A stretch of 64,000 nucleotides of DNA from the NCBI GenBank assembly GCA_964428655.1, contig CAYRYE010000001.1:137328-201327 (forward strand). The letters are read 5' to 3'. Source of the DNA: an uncultured Gammaproteobacteria bacterium. GTDB lineage: Bacteria > Patescibacteriota > Microgenomatia > UBA12405 > JAHJSD01. Below, piece after piece: positions 48,463-58,659 of this stretch (positions within the stretch are counted from its first letter, which is position 1; each line of letters opens with the position of its first letter). A program made the translations under genes and the position numbers. Under the pieces are notes generated by a model that had not been told where the DNA came from, did not search any database, and saw only the letters and a list, made by a program, of their open reading frames with translations.

Positions 48463-50280
48463 TTAGCGTTTGTAGGCGCTGGCTTGAAGGGTGAACAAAT
48501 TGACATATTTGCCTTTTTGCGTCATTAGTTTTTTATGACTTCCGCTTTCAATTATTTTGCCCTTATCTATGACATAAATTTTGTCGGCATTGCGGACAGT
48601 AGAAAATCTGTGAGAAATCATAATAGCCATTTTGTTTTTTTCAAATTGATGAATTTGTTTGAAGATTTTGTGTTCAGAGGCAGGGTCAATGGCTGAAGTT
48701 GGCTCGTCGAGAATAAGCAATGGCGCATTTCTGAAAAAAGCCCTGCTTAGGGCTATTTTCTGCCATTGGCCGGTAGATAAGTCAGTTCCTCCTTCAAATT
48801 TTTTGGAAAGAATAGTTTTTTCTTTCTTGTCGAGTTTCTTAATAAATTTGCCGGCATCCGATTTGTTAATTGCTAAATTAAACATTTCTTTTTCAAAAGG
48901 CCTGTCAATGTTTCCCAATCTTATGTTTTCCTTAACAGTGTAGGCATAGCGATTAAAATCCTGAAACAAGACGCCGACATTTTTTCGCCAATAATTTAAA
49001 TTTATTTCTTTTAGGTTCTGATCATTGATTAGGATTTTGCCCTTGGAAACATCATAAAACCGAGCGAGTAGTTTAACAATGGTAGTTTTTCCTGCGCCGT
49101 TTTCTCCAATTAAGGCTATTTTCTGATTTGGCTTGATTGTTAAATTAAAGTTTTTAAGAACATATTTTTCGCTGTTAGGATATTTAAACCAGACATCTCG
49201 GAATTCAATTGTAAATGGCAGCTCAACCTTTTTGCCTTTTGTATTTTTGTTTATAATTGGCTTTAGATTTAAAACAGTAAATAAATCTTTAACATAAAGC
49301 AGGTCTTCGAAATTTTGGGACAAATTTTTAAACAACCCTTTGAAGCTTTCACTTAGACTGTTAATTCTACTAATATAAAAATTCAGAGTGCCGATACTGA
49401 TGATGCCGCTAATGGCTTTTATAAAAACGGAACAGAAAATAAACGCATTAATAGTGAAGGCGAAAAGCGAAGTAACAATTCTATTTTTGGACATTTTTTT
49501 AATTTCCTTTTTTTGATGGCCGAAAAATTCCCCGTAGAGTTTTTCAATTCTTTTTAAAAGAGTTTTTTGAATATTGAAGATGTGGATTTCTTGGAGGCAT
49601 TTATCGTTTTGCAGATACCAAGAAGTGTTCCAAAAATCCCTCTTGATTGCTCCCTTTGCTCCATGAATATTCCAAACAGATCGGCTGAACTTTATTCCTA
49701 CTATAAATTCTGGAATTGTAGAGACAAAAATGAGCAGGAAATAAATTGGTCCCAAGCCAACAATAATAATAGTATTGGAAATTACTGAAACTAAATTTTG
49801 TAGCAGCCACATTTGTCTGTTAGCAAAATTAATTGGTCTCCAGGTGTATGTTTCCTTAACTTTGTTGAGAAGATTGTTGAGCCTTGGGTTTTCCCAATGT
49901 TCAAAGTCCAAGGAAGCGAATTTTTCGTTTGTTTTGATGGTTAAAAAGCGGCCAAAGTCCAGATAGGTGACACGGTCGCAATAATCAATAATTCGCCAGG
50001 TGAAGCGACCAATAAGTTCAAGAGCAAAAAAAATAATGATTAGTTTTGCGAAAAAGAAAAAATTAGCCGTGTTTTGCTGTTGGCCTACGCTGATAAGCGC
50101 ATCAATGATAATTTTCAAGATATAAGAATAACCAATTGGGGTTAAGGCAGTAATAATTACTCCAACCATTTTTACCAAAGTGGCACTTTTGTTGGATTGG
50201 TAAGACAGTAAAGCAGTTCTGGTTGAGTAATACCAGTATTCTTTTAATTTGGCTAAATATGTTTTGGTTCTTTTGAGCAT
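48463..50280 (-). CDS. ABC transporter, fused permease/ATP-binding protein (type I exporter, multidrug/lipid-exporter-like).
   Basis: 6-TM N-terminal domain; Walker A GENGAGKTT, signature LSTGQWQKIALSRA, Walker B LLILDEPTSAID. Confidence 0.9.
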   Translation of the reverse strand: MLKRTKTYLAKLKEYWYYSTRTALLSYQSNKSATLVKMVGVIITALTPIGYSYILKIIIDALISVGQQQNTANFFFFAKLIIIFFALELIGRFTWRIIDYCDRVTYLDFGRFLTIKTNEKFASLDFEHWENPRLNNLLNKVKETYTWRPINFANRQMWLLQNLVSVISNTIIIVGLGPIYFLLIFVSTIPEFIVGIKFSRSVWNIHGAKGAIKRDFWNTSWYLQNDKCLQEIHIFNIQKTLLKRIEKLYGEFFGHQKKEIKKMSKNRIVTSLFAFTINAFIFCSVFIKAISGIISIGTLNFYISRINSLSESFKGLFKNLSQNFEDLLYVKDLFTVLNLKPIINKNTKGKKVELPFTIEFRDVWFKYPNSEKYVLKNFNLTIKPNQKIALIGENGAGKTTIVKLLARFYDVSKGKILINDQNLKEINLNYWRKNVGVLFQDFNRYAYTVKENIRLGNIDRPFEKEMFNLAINKSDAGKFIKKLDKKEKTILSKKFEGGTDLSTGQWQKIALSRAFFRNAPLLILDEPTSAIDPASEHKIFKQIHQFEKNKMAIMISHRFSTVRNADKIYVIDKGKIIESGSHKKLMTQKGKYVNLFTLQASAYKR

Positions 50281-50290
50281 TTGCTTATTT

Positions 50291-50392
50291 ATCTTTTTCT
50301 GGTTCTGGTAATGAAGCAGTGATGGTTATTTTTTGACCTAAAAGATTAAAAGAAGACATAACATTGTTCATTTGGTTATAGGCGTTGTTGAG
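50291..50392. repeat. Direct repeat copy A (about 100 bp), duplicating the 3' end of rmuC.
   Basis: Identical to 51070-51168 apart from 1 substitution and a 3-nt homopolymer indel. It still encodes ...GQKITITASLPEPEKDK followed by a stop. Confidence 0.9.
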
Positions 50393-50443
50393 CAGGAAGA
50401 TTATTAATAAACTCATTTTGTTCTATATCCTGGGGTTCCTAAA

Positions 50444-51019
50444 TTACTCTTTTATTCCTCTTGTTTGCTTTCTTCTTCTCTTTCTATCTTTTTCCTCTAG
50501 TTTTTCAAATTTTCTTGGTGAAAGGACAACTATTGTTTCTCCACCTATTTCTTGTTTCTCTTGGCAAGAGCCTGTCCCGTCTGTGCTTGCGCATTTATTT
50601 GCTGGTCTTTTAAAGGAGCAAGAAGCAAATCTCACAGGTCCATTTTCAGTGCGAACGGGGGAAGTAATCATAAGAAATCCCCTTTTTCCTCTTTGACATC
50701 TTTTTGAACTTATTATTCTTCCCTCAAACTCATCCTTTTTTAATTCGGCCAATATTTGCCCTACTTTGCTTTTTCCAACTATAATAGATTCTCCGTTTTT
50801 CCCTTGTATTCCTTGGCAATCTCCTCCTTTTCTGCACAGTGGCGGTGATAGTACAACACCCCCATCTTGCTGCTCTCTACAAGTAGCAATACAGAAAGTT
50901 GGCCCTCTTTTACGTAGTAGCCTTTCTTCGGGAAATACGGCATAATGCACGTCTAGTTGTTGTCCTCTGCGAGTACAAAAACTTTTTACTCCTAAGTATG
51001 TTCTATACTCTCTTCTCAT
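50444..51019 (-). CDS. Cysteine-rich, Arg/Lys-rich hypothetical protein (191 aa) carried on the inserted segment.
   Basis: Higher GC than the flanks, 9 Cys, and an ATGA start/stop overlap with the rmuC stop; no family recognised. Confidence 0.4.
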   Translation of the reverse strand: MRREYRTYLGVKSFCTRRGQQLDVHYAVFPEERLLRKRGPTFCIATCREQQDGGVVLSPPLCRKGGDCQGIQGKNGESIIVGKSKVGQILAELKKDEFEGRIISSKRCQRGKRGFLMITSPVRTENGPVRFASCSFKRPANKCASTDGTGSCQEKQEIGGETIVVLSPRKFEKLEEKDRKRRRKQTRGIKE

Positions 51020-52044
51020 ACCCTATAATAACATTTTTTATTTTTAAGTAAAGTTTCTAGTTTTTTTTTATCTTCTGGTTCTGGTAATGAAGCAGTGATG
51101 GTTATTTTTTGACCTAAAAGATTAAAAGAAGACATAACATTGTTCATTTGGTTATAGGCATTGTTGAGATGTTTGTTTAGAGTGGAGAGGTATGTTTCCA
51201 CATTTTCGTAGTCTTTTTTAAGAGCTTGAATAGTTCTTATAATTTGGCGGGCCCTTATTTCAATTTTTTGACCTTCGAAGCTCATTAAAATAGCTTTTAA
51301 ATAGGCATAGAAAGTGGCTGGAGAAACAGGTAGGACTTTTTTGTCATGGGCAAAATCCAGCAACTTCGGGTCAGAATTAATTACTTCGTAGTAGATTGCT
51401 TCTGAAGGTATGTACATCAGGGCATAATCCAGAGTTCCTTCTTCGGTAAGAATATATTTTTTCGAAATATCTCTGATATGTTTTTTAACGTCTTTTAAAA
51501 ATATTCGGCGGTAGGCTTCTTTTTCTTTCTCGTTTTCGGCGGCGTTGAGTTTTTTAAAGTTTTCCATTGGAAATTTGGAATCAATAGGAATAATGCCGGC
51601 CGTTGTTTTTACGGCAGCATCAACAATCGCTCCGCTTTTAAAAGTATACTGAAGGTGAAAAGAACTTTTGGGTAAGGTTTGGCCTAAAAGTTCTTTGAGA
51701 ACTTGTTCGCCAATGTTGCCTCTTAGTTTTGGTGAAGAAAGGAATTCTTGGAGTTGCTTCATTGACCGGCCGATCTCGCTCATCTCGCCAATATTTTTTT
51801 GGACATCACCGATAACTTTGGCGGCATTGTCCAATCTTTCATTAAGAGATTGAGTGCTTTGGTGGAGTACTTGAGCAATGTTTTTGTTTGTTTGTTCAAT
51901 GGTTTGTTGATTGCTTTTTAACCATTCAATAAGAGTGTTGTCAGGCTTAATTTTTTCCTGAATAGATTCAATTTGTTTTTTAAACCAAAAGAAAAGGATA
52001 ATGAAAGCAAAAATAATGGTTCCTAAAACTAAAATGGAATTCAT
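51016..52044 (-). CDS. rmuC: DNA recombination protein RmuC.
   Basis: N-terminal TM, long coiled coil and the C-terminal YALMYIPSEAIYYEV region typical of RmuC. The last 18 aa are encoded by the inserted segment. Confidence 0.75.
   Translation of the reverse strand: MNSILVLGTIIFAFIILFFWFKKQIESIQEKIKPDNTLIEWLKSNQQTIEQTNKNIAQVLHQSTQSLNERLDNAAKVIGDVQKNIGEMSEIGRSMKQLQEFLSSPKLRGNIGEQVLKELLGQTLPKSSFHLQYTFKSGAIVDAAVKTTAGIIPIDSKFPMENFKKLNAAENEKEKEAYRRIFLKDVKKHIRDISKKYILTEEGTLDYALMYIPSEAIYYEVINSDPKLLDFAHDKKVLPVSPATFYAYLKAILMSFEGQKIEIRARQIIRTIQALKKDYENVETYLSTLNKHLNNAYNQMNNVMSSFNLLGQKITITASLPEPEDKKKLETLLKNKKCYYRV
51070..51168. repeat. Direct repeat copy B (within the rmuC coding sequence).
   Basis: See copy A. 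Confidence 0.9.
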
Positions 52045-52092
52045 CCTAAAGATATTTTAAAATAATAGGTGATAGATTTCAAAGTTTAAGAG

Positions 52093-52452
52093 ATGAGGAA
52101 AAAGAGATTAAGATTTAAAAGAAAGACTAAAAAGGATATTTTATCCTGGTTATTTAGACTTTTTATTTTTTTTCTTTGGTTGATTTTGGGCTTGCTAGTC
52201 TATTTTGTTCCCCCCAGGAATTGGTGGATTATAACGGCATTTTTCTTTCTTTTCTTTTCATCGGTTTTGTTAATAATTTTTGAATTGTTCAAAGTTTGGC
52301 GTTTGGCTTTTTTAATTGCCGGTTTTGCCACTGCTCTGTTATTGCTTCAGTTTTTTCGCCAGTTTCATTGGTTAAATCTGATTCTTTTAATTGCTTTTTG
52401 TTTAGCAGTTTTGCTTCACTGGCGGAGATTTGACCAGTCAGGCTGGTCTTGA
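52093..52452 (+). CDS. Small membrane protein, hypothetical (119 aa, 3 TM).
   Basis: Hydrophobic profile only. Confidence 0.4.
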   Translation: MRKKRLRFKRKTKKDILSWLFRLFIFFLWLILGLLVYFVPPRNWWIITAFFFLFFSSVLLIIFELFKVWRLAFLIAGFATALLLLQFFRQFHWLNLILLIAFCLAVLLHWRRFDQSGWS

Positions 52453-52485
52453 CAGAATTTAGCACTCGTGTTATTCTCCTGCTAA
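52449..52485 (+). promoter_or_regulatory. hrcA operon promoter (TTGACA, 17 nt, TATTCT) overlapping a CIRCE-like inverted repeat (TTAGCACTC-N9-tccTGCTAA).
   Basis: TTGACA at 52449-52454; -10 at 52472-52477; CIRCE left half perfect, right half 6/9 identical; immediately upstream of hrcA. Confidence 0.6.
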
Positions 52486-52497
52486 GGAAATTAAACC

Positions 52498-53232
52498 ATG
52501 GCTCAACTAACCGATCGTCAAATTATTATCATAAAAGCAATTATTGAAGAGTTTATTGAAACAGCTAAGCCAGTGGGTAGCGAGACAATAGAGAAAAAGT
52601 ATAGCTTGGGTGTTTCTCCGGCAACGATTAGGAACGAAATGAGTAAATTAACTCAAATCGGATACTTGAAAAAACCCCATGCTTCAGCCGGGAGGTTGCC
52701 TACTTCTATGGGATTGAAGTATTATGTTAAGAGTTTGATGGTGCCCAAAAAGTTATCAGTAGCGGAGGAAGTGGGTGTTAAAGAAAAAATTTGGGATCAT
52801 CGGACTGATTTTGATAGGCTGTTAAAAGAGGTCACTAAAGAGCTTTCCCATCGAACCCAAACTTTGGCTTTATCAACCACGCGTCAAGGTAATTTTCATA
52901 TTTATGGTTTGTCAAGGCTGCTTGATTATCAGGAATTTTTTGATATTGACGTTGCTAAAACAGTTCTTTCGCTAATGGATAAAGTCGATTACTGGTTACG
53001 AATTGTAGAAAGAGCTTTTGCTGGCGGCAGTGAAGAGCCCTTTTATCTTATGCTTGGCGAGGAGCTGGGTGAGGAGTTTTTAGAATCTTGTAGTTTTGTT
53101 TACCAAACCTATCAAGTTGGTCCCCAACAAGGCATTATTGGTGTAATTGGACCCTCAAGGTTGTGCTATAGCGAAGTGGTGCCTTTAGTTGACTATGTTG
53201 CCAGCTTGATTTCAGAGTTAGGAAAAGTTTAA
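52498..53232 (+). CDS. hrcA: Heat-inducible transcription repressor HrcA (short form).
   Basis: N-terminal winged-helix signature ...PVGSETIEKKYSLGVSPATIRNEMSKL... Confidence 0.85.
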   Translation: MAQLTDRQIIIIKAIIEEFIETAKPVGSETIEKKYSLGVSPATIRNEMSKLTQIGYLKKPHASAGRLPTSMGLKYYVKSLMVPKKLSVAEEVGVKEKIWDHRTDFDRLLKEVTKELSHRTQTLALSTTRQGNFHIYGLSRLLDYQEFFDIDVAKTVLSLMDKVDYWLRIVERAFAGGSEEPFYLMLGEELGEEFLESCSFVYQTYQVGPQQGIIGVIGPSRLCYSEVVPLVDYVASLISELGKV

Positions 53233-53249
53233 AATCTTTCTTTTGAACT

Positions 53250-53702
53250 ATGACTAGAAAGAAAATTAAAGGGAATAAAGACATCAAAAATTTAGTCAAA
53301 AAAGCAGAGGAGCTGGAAGATAAATTAAAGAGGGCTCTGGCAGATTATCATAATTTATCCCGCAGGGTTGAGGAAAAAAAGTGTAATTGGCAAGAGGTGG
53401 CTTCTGCTAGAATAATTGATAAGTTATTAGACGTTTATAATGATTTATGTCGGGCCAGAGGTCAGCTGAAAAACAAGGGTTTAGCTATGGCAATTAATCA
53501 GTTTTGGGCCGTTCTGGAAAGTGAGGGAGTGGGAGAAATAAAAACTGACGGAGAAACATTTGATCCGGAAACAATGGATTGTATTCAAGTAGTCAAGGGA
53601 TTAGAAAACAGAGTTGTCGAAACAGTAATTAAAGGTTATAGTTTAAACGAGTGTGTTATTAGACCCGCTAAAGTTAAAGTAGGAAGGGGAGATAGAAAAT
53701 GA
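53250..53702 (+). CDS. grpE: Nucleotide exchange factor GrpE.
   Basis: Coiled-coil N-terminus with [19 protein letters not shown]; operon position between hrcA and dnaK. Confidence 0.75.
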   Translation: MTRKKIKGNKDIKNLVKKAEELEDKLKRALADYHNLSRRVEEKKCNWQEVASARIIDKLLDVYNDLCRARGQLKNKGLAMAINQFWAVLESEGVGEIKTDGETFDPETMDCIQVVKGLENRVVETVIKGYSLNECVIRPAKVKVGRGDRK

Positions 53703-55606
53703 GCAAAATAATCGGTATTGATTTAGGGACTACTAATTCTTGTGTGGCAGTGATGGAAGCAGGCAAGCCAAAAGTGATTCCTACTTCAGAAGGAGGGAAT
53801 CTTATTCCTTCAGTGGTAGAACCCGAAAAAGGATTGGTGGGAGATTTGGCCAGAAGGCAAATGATTTTGAACCCAAAAAATACGATCTATGCTATTAAGA
53901 GGTTGATGGGGAGAAGAGCGACTGATTCTGAAGTTGGGAAGGCTAAAAAGATGGTCCTTTATGAAATTGCAGCCGGCAAGGATAATATGGTAACAGTAAA
54001 AGCGGCTGACAAAACTTATACTCCTCAGGAAATCTCAGCTAAGATCTTGCAAAAAGCCAAGACAGACGCTGAAGCCTACTTAGGGGAAAAAGTAGAAGAA
54101 GCGGTTATTACTGTTCCGGCCTATTTTGATGATTCTCAGAGGCAGGCCACAAAACAAGCAGGCGAAATTGCAGGATTAAAGGTGGCCAGGATTGTCAATG
54201 AGCCAACAGCGGCCGCCCTGGCTTATGGTTTGGACAAGAAAAAAGGGGAAACAATTGCTATTTATGATTTGGGTGGGGGCACTTTTGATGTTTCCATTCT
54301 TGAAATTGGTGACGGTGTTTTTGAGGTTAAGGCGACTAATGGAGATACTTTCCTTGGTGGTGAAGATTTTGACCAAAGGATTATTAATTGGATTTTGGAC
54401 GAATTCAAAAAGCAACAGAACATTGACTTGAAGGAAGATCTTCAAGCGATGCAAAGGATAAAAGAAGCTGCAGAGAAAGCTAAGATTGAGCTTTCTTCAA
54501 CTCAAGAGACAGAAATCAACTTGCCCTTTATTACTCAGAAAGAAAATCAACCTCTCCATATTCAATTGAAACTTTCCCGGTCTCGGCTAGAGCAAATGAC
54601 TGATGATTTGGTCAAGAGGACAATGGGCCCGGTTAAAAAGTGTTTGGAAGATGCCAAGTTAAAAACTTCGGCTATTGATGAAGTAATTTTAGTCGGCGGG
54701 CAAACAAGAATGCCAAAGATACAAGCGTTGGTTAAAGAATTTTTTGGCAAAGAGCCGAATAAGTCAGTTAATCCTGATGAAGTAGTTGCCGTTGGGGCGG
54801 CAATCCAGGCGGCTATCATTACCGGTGAAGTCAAGGATATTTTGCTATTAGATGTTACTCCATTAACTTTGGGAATTGAAACTTTAGGTGGAGTGACAAC
54901 GCCTTTAATTGATCGAAACACTACAGTGCCAACCAAAAAATCACAGATATTTTCTACAGCTGCTGATAATCAAACCCAAGTTGAGATTCATGTTCTACAG
55001 GGTGAGCGGCCGATGGCAGTTGATAATAAATCGTTAGGGAGATTTGTTTTAGACGGCATTCCTTTAGCGCCGAGGGGGATACCTCAAATAGAGGTAATAT
55101 TCGATACTGATGCCAATGGTATTTTGACAGTGACGGCTAAAGATAAAGCCACGGGTAAAGAACAGAACATTGTTATCAAGAATGCGACTAGTTTATCTGA
55201 GGAAGAAGTAAAAGGAATGAGGGAAGAAGCAGAGAAATATGCCAAGGAAGATGAGGAGAAGAAAGAAAGAGTTGGTGAAAGAAATAAATTAGATAATACT
55301 GTTTTTTCCGCCGAGAAATTAATTAAAGACGCTAAAGATAAACTGGATAAAAAAGATCAAGAAGGGGTAGAAAAGGCAGTTAGGAAGGCTAAGGATTTAT
55401 TGGCTAAACCAGAGACAAAGAAGGAAGAATATATTAAGGAAACAGAAAGACTGACTAAAATTCTCCAAGAATTGGGAACCAAGATTCATCAGCAAGCTCA
55501 AACTGACTCCCAGCAGCCGGAGACTGAAGGAAAAGGGGATGAAGAGAAGAAGAAAAAAAGGGGAGATGAAGAGAAACCACCAGAAGAAGGAGAGATTGTA
55601 AATTAA
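53699..55606 (+). CDS. dnaK: Molecular chaperone DnaK (Hsp70).
   Basis: [22 protein letters not shown] and [14 protein letters not shown] signatures. Confidence 0.95.
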   Translation: MSKIIGIDLGTTNSCVAVMEAGKPKVIPTSEGGNLIPSVVEPEKGLVGDLARRQMILNPKNTIYAIKRLMGRRATDSEVGKAKKMVLYEIAAGKDNMVTVKAADKTYTPQEISAKILQKAKTDAEAYLGEKVEEAVITVPAYFDDSQRQATKQAGEIAGLKVARIVNEPTAAALAYGLDKKKGETIAIYDLGGGTFDVSILEIGDGVFEVKATNGDTFLGGEDFDQRIINWILDEFKKQQNIDLKEDLQAMQRIKEAAEKAKIELSSTQETEINLPFITQKENQPLHIQLKLSRSRLEQMTDDLVKRTMGPVKKCLEDAKLKTSAIDEVILVGGQTRMPKIQALVKEFFGKEPNKSVNPDEVVAVGAAIQAAIITGEVKDILLLDVTPLTLGIETLGGVTTPLIDRNTTVPTKKSQIFSTAADNQTQVEIHVLQGERPMAVDNKSLGRFVLDGIPLAPRGIPQIEVIFDTDANGILTVTAKDKATGKEQNIVIKNATSLSEEEVKGMREEAEKYAKEDEEKKERVGERNKLDNTVFSAEKLIKDAKDKLDKKDQEGVEKAVRKAKDLLAKPETKKEEYIKETERLTKILQELGTKIHQQAQTDSQQPETEGKGDEEKKKKRGDEEKPPEEGEIVN

Positions 55607-55633
55607 ATTTCTAATTTCTAATTCCTATTTCCT
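55607..55633. repeat. Heptanucleotide repeat (atttcta / attccta / tttccta, about 4 units) in the dnaK-dnaJ spacer.
   Basis: taaatttctaatttctaattcctatttcctATG read directly. Confidence 0.7.
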
Positions 55634-56467
55634 ATGAATCGTGATTATTATGAAACACTTGGTGTTGCCAAAGGTGCTTCCCAAACGGAGATAAAAAAAG
55701 CCTACCGGAAGCTAGCTCTAAAATGGCATCCGGATAAAAACAAATCTTCAGAAGCAGAGGAAAAGTTTAAGGAGATAAACGAAGCCTACGAAGTTATATC
55801 AGATTCAAAAAAAAGGCAGACCTATGATCAATTTGGTCATGCCGCTTTTGAATCGGGAGCCAGCCAAGGATCCTCTGCCTATACTTATAGTACTTTTGGA
55901 TCACCTTTTTCCGCCAGGGGTGGACCAACCTCTGGCTGGGAGTTTTCCAATCCATTTGAAATATTTGAGCAATTCTTTGGCGCCGCTTCTCCTTTTAGGG
56001 GTAGAAGGATACCAACTTATCAAATAAAAATAGATTTTATGGATGCCATAAATGGATTTGAAAAAGAAGTTGAAATTGATGGCAGAAAAAGAAAAGTCAA
56101 AATCCCAGCCGGAATAGCTGACGGTCAAAGAGTCGGGTTTAATGATTTTTATCTTTTAGTTAATATTGGCGAAGACCCGGTTTTTCAAAGAGAAGGCGAT
56201 GATATCTATATAAAAAAAGAGATTCCTTTCAGTTTGGCTGTTTTAGGAGGAACACTTGAAATACCAACAATTAGAGACAAAGTTAAAATACGAATCCGGC
56301 CAGGAACTCAATCAGGAGTAGTGATTCGTTTGCGCGGTAAGGGAGTGAGGTCTCCTAACAGTCGTTTTAATGGTGATCAGTATGTTAGAATTAATGTTAA
56401 AGTGCCAACTAAGTTGAAGCGGGGTCAAAAATCACTTTTAAAGAAACTTTCTGAATTTGGGGATTAA
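55634..56467 (+). CDS. dnaJ: J-domain co-chaperone (DnaJ/CbpA-like, class B: no Cys-rich zinc-finger domain).
   Basis: DYYETLGV...HPDKN J domain, G/F-rich region and C-terminal substrate-binding domains; zero CxxCxGxG repeats. Confidence 0.85.
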   Translation: MNRDYYETLGVAKGASQTEIKKAYRKLALKWHPDKNKSSEAEEKFKEINEAYEVISDSKKRQTYDQFGHAAFESGASQGSSAYTYSTFGSPFSARGGPTSGWEFSNPFEIFEQFFGAASPFRGRRIPTYQIKIDFMDAINGFEKEVEIDGRKRKVKIPAGIADGQRVGFNDFYLLVNIGEDPVFQREGDDIYIKKEIPFSLAVLGGTLEIPTIRDKVKIRIRPGTQSGVVIRLRGKGVRSPNSRFNGDQYVRINVKVPTKLKRGQKSLLKKLSEFGD

Positions 56468-56495
56468 TAATTAAATTGGGTAAAGGAGGTGATAA

Positions 56496-56933
56496 TTGAT
56501 GAATGAATGGATGAAAAAACTTGATAATTTTTTTCAAGATTTGTTTTTGAAAAAAGCGCCAGGACTTCCTGATAAGGCAAAGGAATGGATTGTCAAGGCA
56601 GTTCCTTGGCTAGCCCTAGTTTTTGGCATTATGGCTATTCCTGGACTCCTGGCCATTTTTGGGTTTGGAGCCATAACCACTCCTTTTTGGGTTTTAAGAG
56701 GTACGCGCTCTTTTGGCTACTTAATTGGTTTTGCCGTTTCTGCAATTCAAGTGGTTTTGCAATTAGTGGCAGTGACATATTTGTTTAAAAAAGTGCAAAA
56801 AGGCTGGCAGTTGCTTTATTGGGCGACTCTTTTGAGTGTTGTCAGCGCCATTTTGCATGTTTCCGGTTTTGGTTTAGTTGGGGCTGGTGTCAGTCTTTAC
56901 CTGCTTTACCAAATAAAGAGTTTTTATAAATAA
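56496..56933 (+). CDS. Small membrane protein, hypothetical (145 aa, 4 TM).
   Basis: Hydrophobic profile; Shine-Dalgarno AAAGGAGGTG upstream. Confidence 0.45.
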   Translation: MMNEWMKKLDNFFQDLFLKKAPGLPDKAKEWIVKAVPWLALVFGIMAIPGLLAIFGFGAITTPFWVLRGTRSFGYLIGFAVSAIQVVLQLVAVTYLFKKVQKGWQLLYWATLLSVVSAILHVSGFGLVGAGVSLYLLYQIKSFYK

Positions 56934-57559
56934 GAGGGTTTGCCGTGGCCGGGGTAGAGCCGAAATCCTGAAAATTTAGAATAGAGTTTTTTTAGAGATT
57001 GCTCTAAAGCATTTGGGGACCCATAAGAAAAGTCGGTTCTGCCGATGCCATCTTTAAAGAGAGTATCGCCGCTAAAAATAATTTTATTTTTCTTGTTATA
57101 GAGGCAGATGCCTCCAGGGCTGTGGCCAGGACTATGGAGTACTATCAAGGCTTCTTTTCCAAGACTTATTTTTTCATTTTCTTTTAAAAATTTGTTTATT
57201 TTTGGTGATTTTTCAATTATTTTTCTTTTCAGCCACCACTTAGCTGATTGATTCATATATTTTAGAATTTCCTCATCTTTTTTGTGAATCAAAAAAGGAA
57301 TTTTAAAAGCCATTTGCAATTCGTTAGCGGCTAAAACATGGTCATAATGACCATGAGTAGCAACAATAGCTACTGGTTTTAAATTTTGCTGAAGGACTTT
57401 TTCACTAATATAATTAGCTTCATCACCGGGATCAATAATCAAACACTTATTAGTTTCTTCACTGATTGCTAAATAGCAGTTAGTTTGCAGCTCACCTACA
57501 ATTAAAGTAATAACTTTCATTATTGTATAATAACACCGAGATTGGGTGTCATTGACCAT
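56924..57559 (-). CDS. MBL-fold metallo-hydrolase (glyoxalase II-like).
   Basis: THGHYDH motif, HSPGHSPGG, and a C-terminal GHG. Confidence 0.8.
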   Translation of the reverse strand: MVNDTQSRCYYTIMKVITLIVGELQTNCYLAISEETNKCLIIDPGDEANYISEKVLQQNLKPVAIVATHGHYDHVLAANELQMAFKIPFLIHKKDEEILKYMNQSAKWWLKRKIIEKSPKINKFLKENEKISLGKEALIVLHSPGHSPGGICLYNKKNKIIFSGDTLFKDGIGRTDFSYGSPNALEQSLKKLYSKFSGFRLYPGHGKPSYL

Positions 57560-57570
57560 TTAGGTTTGAT

Positions 57571-58659
57571 TTGGTAAACTTTCACACGATGATTGACTTG
57601 AAAAAAATACCAAAAACTGAATTCTCGGCCGCTGTAGCCCAAATAGCCGGGGAGAGAAATATTGATGTTGAGGTGGTACTTGAATCAGTTCAGTTAGCTA
57701 TTTTAGCCGCCTTCAAAAGAGATGCTCGAGAGAGAGGCGAGGATGTTGATGAAGAGGCTGATTACAAGGTGAATCTAAACGCGGAGACGGGCGAGACAAA
57801 GATAGCTCTTGTTGGGAAGAATGGTAAGGAAAAAGATGTTACTCCTCCAGGCTTTGGTCGGATTGCCGCTCAAACCGCTAAACAGGTAATTCTTCAGAAA
57901 ATTCGTGAAGCAGAAAAGGATGCCTTGATTTCTCAATTTCAAGCGAGGGTCGGCACCCTAGTTACCGGAGTTGTTTTAAGAGTAGAGGGTCCAAGAGTGA
58001 TTGTTGGTATTGGTAAAGCTGAAACAGTAATGCCAAGGGAGGAACGGATTCATGGTGAGCATTATTTTTCTTCTCAAAGATTGGCCTTTTACCTAAAAGA
58101 AATTATCAATGAGGAAGACCAGAAAATGATTATTGTTTCCAGGGCTGCTCCGGAATTAGTTGTTGAGCTTTTCCGACGTGAAGTTCCTGAAGTCTCATCG
58201 GGAGCAGTTGAGATTAAAGGGATAGCCCGGCGGCCAGGAGAAAGAACTAAAATTGCTGTTTTTTCGACTCAGCCTGGAGTTGATCCGGTTGGTTCTTGTG
58301 TTGGTCAAAAAGGAGTTAGGGTTCAGGCAGTCATTGGGGAATTGAATGATGAGAAAGTAGATGTTATTCCCTTTAACCAAGACCTAAGGCAGTTTATTAT
58401 TTCTGCCCTTTCACCAGCGGATGATATTAAAGTAAGTGAAATTGATGAGAAGAACAGAATAGCGGTAGTTATTGTTGCCGATGACCAATTAGCAATGGCA
58501 ATTGGCGAGGGTGGAGAGAATGTTGGCTTAGCGGGGAACTTAACCGGATATGAGATTAAGATTAAGGGAGAAGCAAAGAAAGAGAAACAAGTAAAGGAGA
58601 AAAAAGGAAAAAAGAAGATAAGTGTTAAAAAAGACTCAGCGAAGTCTGGCAAACCTTGA
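57571..58659 (+). CDS. nusA: Transcription termination/antitermination factor NusA.
   Basis: N-terminal domain, S1 domain (GTLVTGVVLRVEGPRVIVGIGKAE), and two KH domains (GERTKIAVFS...GSCVGQKGVRVQAV). Confidence 0.9.
   Translation: MVNFHTMIDLKKIPKTEFSAAVAQIAGERNIDVEVVLESVQLAILAAFKRDARERGEDVDEEADYKVNLNAETGETKIALVGKNGKEKDVTPPGFGRIAAQTAKQVILQKIREAEKDALISQFQARVGTLVTGVVLRVEGPRVIVGIGKAETVMPREERIHGEHYFSSQRLAFYLKEIINEEDQKMIIVSRAAPELVVELFRREVPEVSSGAVEIKGIARRPGERTKIAVFSTQPGVDPVGSCVGQKGVRVQAVIGELNDEKVDVIPFNQDLRQFIISALSPADDIKVSEIDEKNRIAVVIVADDQLAMAIGEGGENVGLAGNLTGYEIKIKGEAKKEKQVKEKKGKKKISVKKDSAKSGKP

Noticed and set aside
50385-50696. 103-aa plus-strand ORF inside the rmuC-associated insertion
   Set aside because: Low-complexity Phe/Leu/Ser-rich product from the pyrimidine-rich strand. 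The minus-strand 191-aa ORF has the ATGA coupling to rmuC and is the more plausible gene.
56960-57010. Hairpin tttagag-attg-ctctaaa considered as a bidirectional terminator
   Set aside because: It lies inside the MBL-fold hydrolase coding sequence (its C-terminal codons), so it is not an intergenic terminator.
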